Assembly (NCBI GenBank): GCA_964344615.1
Contig: CAYFOC010000001.1
Span: 802-64,801 of the forward strand
DNA length: 64,000 bases
Source of the DNA: an uncultured Methylococcus sp.
Lineage (GTDB): Bacteria > Pseudomonadota > Gammaproteobacteria > Methylococcales > Methylococcaceae
Reading direction: 5' to 3'
The notes beneath the pieces were generated by a model that searched no databases, was not told the origin of the DNA, and saw nothing but the letters and a program-made list of their open reading frames with translations. Shown piece after piece: positions 1-8,252 of this stretch (the stretch's first letter is position 1; each line of letters opens with the position of its first letter). Position numbers and translations under genes: made by a program.

Positions 1-1025
1 ATAAGGCACGGGTCAGGCTTCAGGCTTTAGTGACTGAAATCATGGAACGCCGCTCCAAGGAGCGCTCCGAAAGTCCTAACGTTTTCCAGACTCTGATTGA
101 TGCCGCCTATGAAGATGGCACGAAACTCACCCCTCATGAAATTACGGGGATGCTGATAGCGACCATTTTTGCTGGACACCACACAAGTTCAGGAACGACG
201 GCGTGGGTCCTGATCGAACTTCTAAGGCATCCTGAATGGATGGCGAAGGTGGTAGAAGAACTGGATCAGTTGTTTGGGAAGGACGGGGACGTCACGTTTG
301 AGTCCTTGCGTCAGATTCCGAATCTAGAAAGTGTTCTTAAGGAAGTTCTTCGTCTACATCCGCCTCTGATTATTCTGATGCGCAAGGTATTGGAGGATTT
401 CACGATCGGGGATACCACCATCCCGGCGGGCAAGTTTGTTTGTGCTGCGCCTGCAATCACTCATCGAATTGCGTCTTTGTTCCCCAATCCGGAACAGTTT
501 GACCCTGATCGATATTCTACAGAGCGCCAGGAGGACAAGAACCTTTATGCCTGGCAAGCGTTTGGTGGTGGACGTCACAAGTGTTCGGGGAACGCGTTCG
601 CACTCTTCCAGATCAAGGCGATCTTCTGCATCCTGCTTCGCCGTTATGAGTTTGAACTGGTCTCAGAAGCTGACACCTATCGCGACGACTATACGAAGAT
701 GGTGGTAGAGCCAGCATCCCCTTGCAAAGTTCGCTACAGGAGAAGGAAGACGACCCAGGAGGCCCTTGGCCAGGAACCCACAAATGGTTCAAAGGAAATA
801 AAGGATGAAGCCTCGCAAGGTGCAAGGATTGTTGTGGACATGGACCTTTGCAAGGGCCATGCAACCTGCATGGGAGAAGCGCCTGAACTCTTCAGAGTGG
901 ATGCAGAAGGGCAGTTGACCGTTTTGAATGATCGTCCGGATTCTGACCTCTTACCCAAGGCCAGAGCTGCTCAGCGTTATTGTCCCACCCAAGCCATCCG
1001 TATCGAAGGTGACGAGGGGGAGTAA
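1..1025 (+). CDS. cyp51: Sterol 14-alpha-demethylase (CYP51-type cytochrome P450) fused in frame to a C-terminal ferredoxin domain; the 5' end lies outside the window
   Basis: The frame is open from nt 3 with no stop upstream of the listed GTG at 30, so the window edge truncates the gene. Motifs: I-helix 'FAGHHTSSGT' (CYP51-type AGxHTS signature), ExxR 'EVLR', heme-thiolate loop 'FGGGRHKCSGNAF'. A polar linker 'RRRKTTQEALGQEPTNGSKEIKDEASQG' is followed by a ferredoxin module. Confidence 0.9.
   Translation, partial: KARVRLQALVTEIMERRSKERSESPNVFQTLIDAAYEDGTKLTPHEITGMLIATIFAGHHTSSGTTAWVLIELLRHPEWMAKVVEELDQLFGKDGDVTFESLRQIPNLESVLKEVLRLHPPLIILMRKVLEDFTIGDTTIPAGKFVCAAPAITHRIASLFPNPEQFDPDRYSTERQEDKNLYAWQAFGGGRHKCSGNAFALFQIKAIFCILLRRYEFELVSEADTYRDDYTKMVVEPASPCKVRYRRRKTTQEALGQEPTNGSKEIKDEASQGARIVVDMDLCKGHATCMGEAPELFRVDAEGQLTVLNDRPDSDLLPKARAAQRYCPTQAIRIEGDEGE
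822..1022 (+). other. Ferredoxin domain of the CYP51 fusion (3Fe-4S-like cysteine spacing)
   Basis: The last 67 aa are 'ARIVVDMDLCKGHATCMGEAPELF...RYCPTQAIRIEG'. The CxxHxxC...CP pattern is the one found in small actinobacterial-type ferredoxins and in the Methylococcus capsulatus CYP51-ferredoxin fusion (recalled, not aligned). Confidence 0.8.
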
Positions 1026-1029
1026 TTGA

Positions 1030-2208
1030 TCAGCTCAGCCGAGAATTGAGGTTGAGGCGGTAACGGCGGCCACGCCAATTGACTTCGCGTCGGATCCAGA
1101 TCTGAAGATAGATCAATGGTGCCGCCAGCCAGATGATCATGGAGCTCCAGGAGTACAGCCAGGGAATAGGCTGACCCGACATTCGATAGTGAAGGCTGTT
1201 GATGGTGAGGGGAACAGACAGCGCCGTAAGCAGCCCCAGCAGCAATATCCCCGGATTTCCGATAATAGCGCCATAACCAAACGCAAGGATGCCTGACCAA
1301 AGCGCAATTCCCGTCAGGGCGTGGGGAAGTTTGGTTGTCCAGAAGGGAAGGCCGGTGATGGAGAAAGCGATCCATCGGATCAAGATCCCGACGAAATCAA
1401 CAAAGGTGCAATCCTGCTGAATGATGGATACGGGCTTCGGAGCCAATAGATTCCGATAACCTTCCTCAACCATACGCCGACCAAGGTACATGTCGTCGAC
1501 CAATTGGCCTTCAGCAGTTTCGAGCCCGCCAATCGCAACGATGGCCTCTCTTCGAAGGACCATCATGTGCCCCATGATGAAGGGTAACGTTCCGCCATTA
1601 CGCTGAGCGGTCGCAAGGGCAGAGGGTTCATATAGTCCATTGACCATGACGGCATAGCCCGTGTCGCCAAGGGTATGCAAAGGGGCATTTGAGACCACTG
1701 TGGGAAAGGATGCACCAGCGCCTTCATCGGAGAGGAGTGTTGCCGCCAGGCGTTCAAGGTCCCCAGGCGACTGGCGGATATCTGAGTCCACGAAAGCAAT
1801 CAAGCTATGGTTTGCCTTTTCCATGGCTTTGATCATGGCATTGAGTTTGCCGGTGCGGTTGCGAGGTGGTTGGCCTGAAAAAAGGATTTCAGCTTCAGCA
1901 GGTAATCCAAGCTCAAGGCGCTCACGGATGACCGCTCTCACAATCGAGACTGCAGGGTCGAGATCATCATCAAAGACAAAAATTGTTTGGACCGGGCCAG
2001 AATAAGCATCTTCAAATCCTGCGATCACGTTTTCCCGAAGTCCGCTATCGACGTCTTTGATAGGGCGAATCACGGTCATCGAGGGGTAATGATCTGGGGT
2101 TGGAGGAAGTATGATCTTGGAGATCGCCAACCGTTGCGACATATAGAAAAACCAGACCCATCCAAGGAGGAGTCCCAGAGTAGCCAGAATGATCAAATTG
2201 ACGCTCAT
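1030..2208 (-). CDS. Integral-membrane family-2 glycosyltransferase, lipid-directed type (ceramide glucosyltransferase / HpnI-like)
   Basis: I moved the start to ATG 2208 (MSVNLIILATLGLLLGWVWFF, N-terminal TM) because the longer ORF (to 2292) overruns the stop of the upstream gene at 2219. Acidic motifs 'FVFDDDLD', 'FVDSDI', 'LVDDMYLG' and then 'LIRW' are followed by several C-terminal TM helices ending 'NWRGRRY'. The gene is convergent with cyp51, with only 4 nt between the stops. Confidence 0.75.
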   Translation of the reverse strand: MSVNLIILATLGLLLGWVWFFYMSQRLAISKIILPPTPDHYPSMTVIRPIKDVDSGLRENVIAGFEDAYSGPVQTIFVFDDDLDPAVSIVRAVIRERLELGLPAEAEILFSGQPPRNRTGKLNAMIKAMEKANHSLIAFVDSDIRQSPGDLERLAATLLSDEGAGASFPTVVSNAPLHTLGDTGYAVMVNGLYEPSALATAQRNGGTLPFIMGHMMVLRREAIVAIGGLETAEGQLVDDMYLGRRMVEEGYRNLLAPKPVSIIQQDCTFVDFVGILIRWIAFSITGLPFWTTKLPHALTGIALWSGILAFGYGAIIGNPGILLLGLLTALSVPLTINSLHYRMSGQPIPWLYSWSSMIIWLAAPLIYLQIWIRREVNWRGRRYRLNLNSRLS

Positions 2209-2218
2209 GGGGAATGTT

Positions 2219-2977
2219 TTATTTGGTGATCGAGGTAAGGAACTGGTTGTAAAAACCTTGGGCCACCCCCTTGCCTCCACGGGCGTTGGCAAGGGATACC
2301 TTGAGTTCCTCTTTGAGTTTCAGGTCAGAAAGCCTTGAGTCCGGTCTTATCGCGGCAAGATCCGCTCTTTCTAGAAATGGGAGTGCTTCCCCGGGTTCGC
2401 CTTCGTCCAGAAGGAAGTCCCCGTAGAAATAGTTGCTGTCCAGCCCATTGGGGAAGAGCCTGACGGCAGTTTCCAGATAGCTTTTCGCAATCTCATTGTC
2501 ACCGAATGAAATGGGCCAGCCGGGCAGCCTGTAATAGAGATTGCCAAGGATCACGTAAGCACTTCCGTCCATGGCCAAAGGATCGATAGCCAGCGCTCTT
2601 TCAACGAAGGATCGCGCTTTTTTGACGTGGCCTAGCGCGCTGAATCCTCCCTCATTGGCAGCCAAGGAGCATTGGATCAGTGCGGCAACGATCAAAGGTT
2701 CGGCCCGCTGAGGGAATTGTTGAATCAAGCTTTCCGCCTGGAGGCTCAATGGCTTGAGCAGTGCCAGCTGTTGATCTTCCGGCGTGGCGTAGAACGTGGT
2801 TTCCCACTGGTTCTTGATGATTTGAATGCTGGTAGGGTTCGGAACGTCTTCTGCCTGCGCGGGATGAATGAGGCTGACAAGGACTCCGAGGATGATGGCT
2901 GCGCGATTCAACGGACGCAGGACTTCTGCACGCTGTGTAGTCGAACTTGGGTAGGTAGGGCGGCCGATCTTGTGCAT
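2219..2977 (-). CDS. Secreted all-helical (TPR/TatT-like) protein, a paralogue of the lipoprotein at 6604-7407
   Basis: The signal peptide is 'AAIILGVLVSLIHPAQA/ED'. The C-terminal block 'ILGNLYYRLPGWPISFGDNEIAKSYLETAVRLFPNGLDSNYFYGDFLL' aligns by eye with 'LLGMLYLKAPPWPTGIGDGDKALSYLKEAVDHYGQHPLNHLFYAEALF' of the 267-aa protein. It lies 10 nt upstream of the GT2 gene, so the two are probably co-transcribed. Confidence 0.65.
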   Translation of the reverse strand: MHKIGRPTYPSSTTQRAEVLRPLNRAAIILGVLVSLIHPAQAEDVPNPTSIQIIKNQWETTFYATPEDQQLALLKPLSLQAESLIQQFPQRAEPLIVAALIQCSLAANEGGFSALGHVKKARSFVERALAIDPLAMDGSAYVILGNLYYRLPGWPISFGDNEIAKSYLETAVRLFPNGLDSNYFYGDFLLDEGEPGEALPFLERADLAAIRPDSRLSDLKLKEELKVSLANARGGKGVAQGFYNQFLTSITK

Positions 2978-3037
2978 GATGTTGAATCCCTGCGGGGGAT
3001 AGCGGGTTACTTGACCGACGATGCCTCGTCGAGCTCA

Positions 3038-3067
3038 ATAAAAAAACCCATGCACAGCATGGGTTTT
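3038..3067 (-). terminator. Rho-independent terminator ending the five-gene sterol operon
   Basis: The minus strand reads aaacccatgc-tgt-gcatgggttt followed by ttttttatt. This is a 10-bp perfect stem plus a U-tract, about 20 nt after the epoxidase stop (3089). Confidence 0.8.
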
Positions 3068-3088
3068 ATCGAGGCTGAAACCTCTGGG

Positions 3089-4582
3089 TTATTTCGCGAG
3101 CGCGCTCTGTTCCCGAATCCAGTGCTGCAGAGCAGTCTGAGGAATGCTCAGGCTCTTCTGGGCCAGTTTCAAAATGGACCTGAACCATCCGTATCCGGCA
3201 CCACGGCGCAGTTCGCTGGGCAGGAGTCGGAACGCTTGGAATACCACGACCACGAACTGCATGCCCATGGAAACGATGCTGCTATCCATGGTTGAGAGCA
3301 ATGCGAGGGAATGGGAGCGTCCCTTTGGATTGCTCTTCCAGTATTCGAAGATACAGCGGTTGAGCAATACGGACTCAGGAGTATGAGACAGGAAAGCCTC
3401 GCGCAATTCCTCAGAAAGAGTTCTGCGGGTGAGCTGTACGCGACCTGCCGCAATGGCGTAATCACGCAACGCTTTCTCGACATTCAGGTCGTGCTTGATA
3501 AGGGCATCACGGAGGCTCAACGCGTCCTTGACGGCGGTTGTAATGCCGGAGGCGGTTAGCGGATGACAGCAACCACGTGCATCCCCCAAAAGGGCCACGT
3601 TCATCTTCACGCTGCTTTTCGGGACAATCCGATAATTTGCGGCTGCCAACGGCTTGTCTCGCGCCATGGCAGCTTCGATGTCTTCCCGGAATGCCTTAGG
3701 GAAAGATTTGAGGTGTTCACGCACGGACTCTTTCGAGTCATCGCCTCTCAGCACTTCAAGCATGACGCGTGCACGTCCCTTTGAAACGCTGTAGGCATAG
3801 GAAATGCCGAGCGGATTTAGGAAAATATTGCCATGCTCGCGGGTCGGCAGGTGTCGATCATCGACTTCCACGCCCAACATGCCAGAGTAGCGGTGAGTTT
3901 CGTGGGAAATCCCAGTCAACTTGCGAACCTGAGACATACCTCCATCTGCGCCAATAATTAGCTTGGCGTTTACGCGGACATCTCCGTTTTCCGTGGACAC
4001 CACGGCAAAAGCAGTCTTTCCATCGCCCTCAGCAGTAATGGCCGTGACTCTTGGCCCCATCCACACGTCAACGCCATCGACTTTCTTTACCTTGTCGAGG
4101 AGATGATCCTTCAAGGCTTGGTGTTCAATGGCCATGCCGCCATGATCGAGGCCTTCGACTTCGCCATACGGCAAGACAACGTTGTCTTCGTACTCTTTTC
4201 CCTCATTGAAGGGGAAGATAGAGAATCCACGGATGATGGAGCCCAGTTCAGGCTTATCATCCAGCAAACCCAAGTGCTTTAGGCCATCAATCCCAGGCGG
4301 GTGAATGAGTTCCCCGGCGAGGCGGCGTCCGTGTGAGGACTTTGGTTCGATGATCAGAATCTTGAGGCCGAGCGGCGCGAGTGCGGCCGCAGCAGCGGAA
4401 CCGGCAACACCACCACCAGCGATAAGGACGTCAACGTCCACGGGAATATTCGCGTTATTTTCCATCATCAATCTGGTTGGACCCATCAAAGATTGAAGTA
4501 GCGAAGGTTGAAGGGCTTCGGATGAGGGGAATCCCCTCGTTTCGAAGCTATTGTGCCACAAAAAAGCAACAATCGTTGCCAA
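3089..4582 (-). CDS. Squalene monooxygenase (squalene epoxidase), FAD-dependent
   Basis: The dinucleotide fold is 'VDVLIAGGGVAGSAAAAALAPLGLKILIIEP'. The motif 'LLGDARGCCHPLTASGITTAV' matches the eukaryotic squalene-epoxidase motif GDAxNMRHPLTGGGMTV. The gene lies 9 nt downstream of the cyclase. The true start may be an internal Met (4486, 4468 or 4465), which would give a shorter N-terminus. Confidence 0.85.
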   Translation of the reverse strand: MATIVAFLWHNSFETRGFPSSEALQPSLLQSLMGPTRLMMENNANIPVDVDVLIAGGGVAGSAAAAALAPLGLKILIIEPKSSHGRRLAGELIHPPGIDGLKHLGLLDDKPELGSIIRGFSIFPFNEGKEYEDNVVLPYGEVEGLDHGGMAIEHQALKDHLLDKVKKVDGVDVWMGPRVTAITAEGDGKTAFAVVSTENGDVRVNAKLIIGADGGMSQVRKLTGISHETHRYSGMLGVEVDDRHLPTREHGNIFLNPLGISYAYSVSKGRARVMLEVLRGDDSKESVREHLKSFPKAFREDIEAAMARDKPLAAANYRIVPKSSVKMNVALLGDARGCCHPLTASGITTAVKDALSLRDALIKHDLNVEKALRDYAIAAGRVQLTRRTLSEELREAFLSHTPESVLLNRCIFEYWKSNPKGRSHSLALLSTMDSSIVSMGMQFVVVVFQAFRLLPSELRRGAGYGWFRSILKLAQKSLSIPQTALQHWIREQSALAK

Positions 4583-4591
4583 GCAACAACA

Positions 4592-6583
4592 TTAAACCCT
4601 TTGAATGTTGTGATTATACCGCGTCAAAGCCCAGACGGGGAAATATGTATGGTACAGACGGTAGTCCAGCATGGCCGCACCAAAAAACACACCATTAACG
4701 GCTTGCATGGGCCAGCTGCCATCCGTTTGCTGTTGCTTCAGAAGCCACACCATTCCATTTGCGATGGCTGGATGATCTGAAGGCAGAATATCCATCAGCG
4801 CCAGTAACGCCCAACTCGTCATGACCACCTGTGTTTCAGGATGCTCGATGTAGCGCTCTTCCAGGCAGCTCGTGTAATGCTCGCTCCATCCACCATCGTC
4901 CCTCTGGTGAGCGAGAAGAAATGCCGCTGCCTTCTGCATCAAGGGGTCATCAGCGCTCGTTCCTGAGGATCGGAGAGCTCTTACGGCGTGGAAAGTTGCA
5001 TAGGTGTAATTGATGCCCCAGAAACCCTGCCAGGAGCCATCTGCCTGCTGTTGGCTCTTCAACAAGCGAATGGCGCGCTGGGATGCCTCTTCAAGCCGGA
5101 CAGGCTCAAAATCCGGATCCAAATGCCGAAAGTGGCAGATGGCATCCAATGCTGAAGCCGTACACTCAATATAGGAGAGTTCCGTCATGCATTGACCGAA
5201 CATTTCAGAGGGATTGATCAGTTCCAGCAGCTTGCCGGCACGGCGCTGCTCGTAGGTGCCAAAACCCCCATCCTTGTTTTGTCTGGAAAGAATGAAGAGG
5301 ATGCCCTCACGCAGTCGATTGGGGTCAAACTTCGGGAGGTTGTGGTACGAGGGGCCCGTCTGGATGGTAATGATTCCGCTGATCGCCTCGGCCGTACAGT
5401 CGCTTACCGGCCATCGATGTTCGCCATCGGAAAAGCACCATCCTCCGGTCGCGGGGTCGCGCCAGTAGTTTTCGTATCCAGGTGCCTCATCACAGAGCTG
5501 TGCTCTGGACAAAAATGCAATTGCTTTTCCCATGGCGTCAACGGTGGATTCATCCGGTGACCTGATATTCGATACTGCCTGCAGGACAAATCCCGTATCC
5601 CAAGTATTTGAACGCGCGCCAACATATCGGAGTCCCTCATTTTCGTCCTCCCATCGCCAAGCCTCAACGCCCTGGATGCTCGGTTCAAGTTCGGGATGCT
5701 TTGAGTCGGCGACAAAAATTGCCAGCGTATTGAGAAGCCCATTGACCGGTGAAATGCCCTGATAGCATGTGGTCTTCTGCTCAAAAAGGATGCGATCAAG
5801 ACACACAGAGAGCGCCTTCTCACGAGTCTTCTTGCTGTGCCAGCGTTCAAAAATAGCCAGCCCATCGTAGATCAGCCGCAGCACCGGAGTGATCGGGACA
5901 TATACATCAGACTTGGCCAGTGCATGTCGCAGCTTCGAGAAGGGGATCTGATTGTAAGGCGTCGTATACAGTTCAGAACGGAGTGCTGAAACTAAGGGCT
6001 CAGGGAGATTGGCTACGAAACGCTTTCCACAAATGTAGGCCAGTCCAAGATAAATCAGACGGGTGTGGCAATAGAAGCGCCTTGGATGGAATGGGAGCCA
6101 TTCGGGCAGCAGAAACAGTTCAGGAGGAATGGCATTCAGACCCTTGTACTCATAGAGGCCAAGTATCGCGAGCCAAAACTTTCCCCAGGTCGGGATGCCC
6201 TCTACTCCAGTAGGTTGCTGGTGTAACCAGTTTCGTGCCCTCGATGCGACCGGGTGATCCGGCGCAACATCGATGAGTCGGAGTGCAACATACGCAAGGG
6301 TCGTGAAAAAAACATAGCCAGGCGATTCCGGGTGCATGCCCCAAGATCCGTCTTTGGCCTGTGTGACCTCGAAATGTTTGATGATCTTCTCGCGATCCGC
6401 CTGCGAGTAGGGTTGGCCGACGATCGTTCGCACAATGACAGCCTGTGCGAGGATCATGGTGCACCAGACCATTTCCCCCTCGAAATCTCCTCCTGTCTTT
6501 TGTTGCGAGAGAAGGTAACGAAGGGCTGCGTCCTGCGCTTGGGTTAACCGATCGTCTGTCAAAGGGGATATGGTTTCGGGCAT
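4592..6583 (-). CDS. osc: Oxidosqualene cyclase (lanosterol/cycloartenol synthase family)
   Basis: The protein is a 663-aa triterpene cyclase with QW repeats (e.g. 'QQADGSWQGFWG', 'QRDDGGWSEHY'). The catalytic motif is 'HRWPVSDCTAEAISG', i.e. VSDCTAE as in eukaryotic OSCs. No DxDDTA motif (squalene-hopene cyclase) is present. The gene is directly followed by the squalene epoxidase. Confidence 0.9.
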   Translation of the reverse strand: MPETISPLTDDRLTQAQDAALRYLLSQQKTGGDFEGEMVWCTMILAQAVIVRTIVGQPYSQADREKIIKHFEVTQAKDGSWGMHPESPGYVFFTTLAYVALRLIDVAPDHPVASRARNWLHQQPTGVEGIPTWGKFWLAILGLYEYKGLNAIPPELFLLPEWLPFHPRRFYCHTRLIYLGLAYICGKRFVANLPEPLVSALRSELYTTPYNQIPFSKLRHALAKSDVYVPITPVLRLIYDGLAIFERWHSKKTREKALSVCLDRILFEQKTTCYQGISPVNGLLNTLAIFVADSKHPELEPSIQGVEAWRWEDENEGLRYVGARSNTWDTGFVLQAVSNIRSPDESTVDAMGKAIAFLSRAQLCDEAPGYENYWRDPATGGWCFSDGEHRWPVSDCTAEAISGIITIQTGPSYHNLPKFDPNRLREGILFILSRQNKDGGFGTYEQRRAGKLLELINPSEMFGQCMTELSYIECTASALDAICHFRHLDPDFEPVRLEEASQRAIRLLKSQQQADGSWQGFWGINYTYATFHAVRALRSSGTSADDPLMQKAAAFLLAHQRDDGGWSEHYTSCLEERYIEHPETQVVMTSWALLALMDILPSDHPAIANGMVWLLKQQQTDGSWPMQAVNGVFFGAAMLDYRLYHTYFPVWALTRYNHNIQRV

Positions 6584-6603
6584 GTTGTTGGTGTTCGGGA
6601 GAG

Positions 6604-7407
6604 TTAGTGCGCAGCTTTGGTGATTTCGAGGATGACTTCGGCGAATTCTTTGTCCCAGATCACCCGGTTATAGCCCCAGGGGCCCTTGGCCAGAATGGTT
6701 TGGCCTCTTTGTATTTCTGCCTGAGCCTCTGTGGTTTTCTCATCCACCTCGAATAAGGCTTCCGCATAAAACAAGTGATTAAGTGGATGCTGACCGTAGT
6801 GGTCAACGGCTTCCTTAAGGTAAGACAGAGCCTTGTCCCCGTCACCGATGCCGGTCGGCCAGGGAGGGGCTTTCAGGTACAGCATTCCGAGCAGACGCAA
6901 CGGCCCCCCTTGATCAACGGCTTTCGAGAGTCGGGCGGCTGTCGTCAATTCATCTTCCAGGCGATGTAGGTTCTCAGCCGCCTGCACAGGGTGGTTGTTG
7001 ATGGCGAGGCCCAAGTTGGCAGCCAGATAATAGTGAACAGCCGCATCCTCCTTGCCGCCATTTGACAGGGCTCGTTCGGCAAGTTTCACGCCTTCGGCGG
7101 CGAGAGCTTCCCGGTCAGGTCCTGTAGGAAGTCTTTCAGCCAGATGCAGGGCAATTTCCGAAGATCGTGAAGATCGGATGAAGGCAGGCGTCGTGGATTT
7201 CCGCGCCAAATTCATCGCACACTGGAGATCCTCCGTTGATGTAGATGGACCAAGCGATGAAGATTCGGACAGTAGCTTTTCTTCTGTGATGTCTGCGCAA
7301 TTCCCATGCCCTACAAGGGCAACGATGCGATTGGGAAGGGCACTACAGGCGGAGAGAAGGGTCAGGGTCAGAAGCAAGCTGACCCGGTAACTCATGTGCA
7401 TCATCAA
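6604..7407 (-). CDS. bstC: Helical-repeat (TatT/TPR-like) lipoprotein, a BstC-like putative sterol-binding envelope protein
   Basis: The lipoprotein signal has the lipobox 'LTLLSAC'. The helical C-terminal block is shared with the 2219-2977 protein. Its start overlaps the stop of the upstream binding-protein gene (TGATG/TTGA at 7402-7407). The BstC assignment comes from family and context only. Confidence 0.6.
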   Translation of the reverse strand: MMMHMSYRVSLLLTLTLLSACSALPNRIVALVGHGNCADITEEKLLSESSSLGPSTSTEDLQCAMNLARKSTTPAFIRSSRSSEIALHLAERLPTGPDREALAAEGVKLAERALSNGGKEDAAVHYYLAANLGLAINNHPVQAAENLHRLEDELTTAARLSKAVDQGGPLRLLGMLYLKAPPWPTGIGDGDKALSYLKEAVDHYGQHPLNHLFYAEALFEVDEKTTEAQAEIQRGQTILAKGPWGYNRVIWDKEFAEVILEITKAAH

Positions 7408-8246
7408 TGACTCTTGTTCCAGAGGCTAATCATGGGATTAATTGCGGCAGGCGAAGCGGGGACAAAGGCGTCTATGGCAAACAGACCGCACAATTTCATC
7501 CCATCAGGGTCCTTGCAGAGGTTTGCAAGGGACTTTGCAAACCGTGCGCGCTCGTCGCTGGTGCTGGACTCCTGATTGGCCACGAGCCCCATCAATGGCA
7601 AGGGCGCCGAGGTGAAGACCGAGTCCAGTTCATGAGTCAAAGGAAGCGACCCGAGTGCAGCGAATTGCTGTCCATTGAGCAGTACCGCATCCAGTTCACC
7701 CTTGTCCAGAGCGCGCAAAGCACGGATAGCTTGTTTGCTGGCTTTAAGCTGAAAGTCTTGTTCTGGATTGATTTTCCCGGCGAACACAATTTTGCGGATA
7801 AAGCCTGCTTCCTCGAAAACCGTCCCGCCGATCGTTTTGCCCTTGAGGTCATCGAGTGAAGCAAAGCGTCCCTTTATCGCCACAAGATGAAACTGCTCTG
7901 TCGTTTCTCCGCGCATCTTGGGTTGGACGACGGGTTCAAGGTGAAGGCTGTCACGCTGCTCCAAAAAGATGCCCAGTGAGGTAATCGCGAATGCGGGATT
8001 ATTTTCGTTCAGAAGTTTCTTGCAACCCTCGACATCCGAAGAGAAGCTGCTGCTGAAGGTATTGGCAGGCCATCCTCCAACCCGTTCCACCACACTGAGC
8101 ATTGCAGACATCGCCTTATTGGCATCGTCTTCGCTCACGGGGCCACCCGGGTAGCAGACGACAACCGTTGAGGAAGCCGCAATCGTTGCGCCTGAAAAGA
8201 CGATTCCGATGATCAGGAGGATATTTCGAACAGATTGAAAGCTCAT
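7404..8246 (-). CDS. bstB: Periplasmic substrate-binding protein (PhnD-like type-2 PBP fold), BstB-like
   Basis: The signal/anchor is 'ILLIIGIVFSGATIAASS'. A PBP-like 'LDDLKGKTIGGT' segment is present. The gene lies 6 nt after the RND gene and overlaps the start of the next gene. No ABC permease or ATPase is nearby, so it is not a classical ABC importer component. Confidence 0.6.
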   Translation of the reverse strand: MSFQSVRNILLIIGIVFSGATIAASSTVVVCYPGGPVSEDDANKAMSAMLSVVERVGGWPANTFSSSFSSDVEGCKKLLNENNPAFAITSLGIFLEQRDSLHLEPVVQPKMRGETTEQFHLVAIKGRFASLDDLKGKTIGGTVFEEAGFIRKIVFAGKINPEQDFQLKASKQAIRALRALDKGELDAVLLNGQQFAALGSLPLTHELDSVFTSAPLPLMGLVANQESSTSDERARFAKSLANLCKDPDGMKLCGLFAIDAFVPASPAAINPMISLWNKSH

Positions 8247-8252
8247 TGCGAT

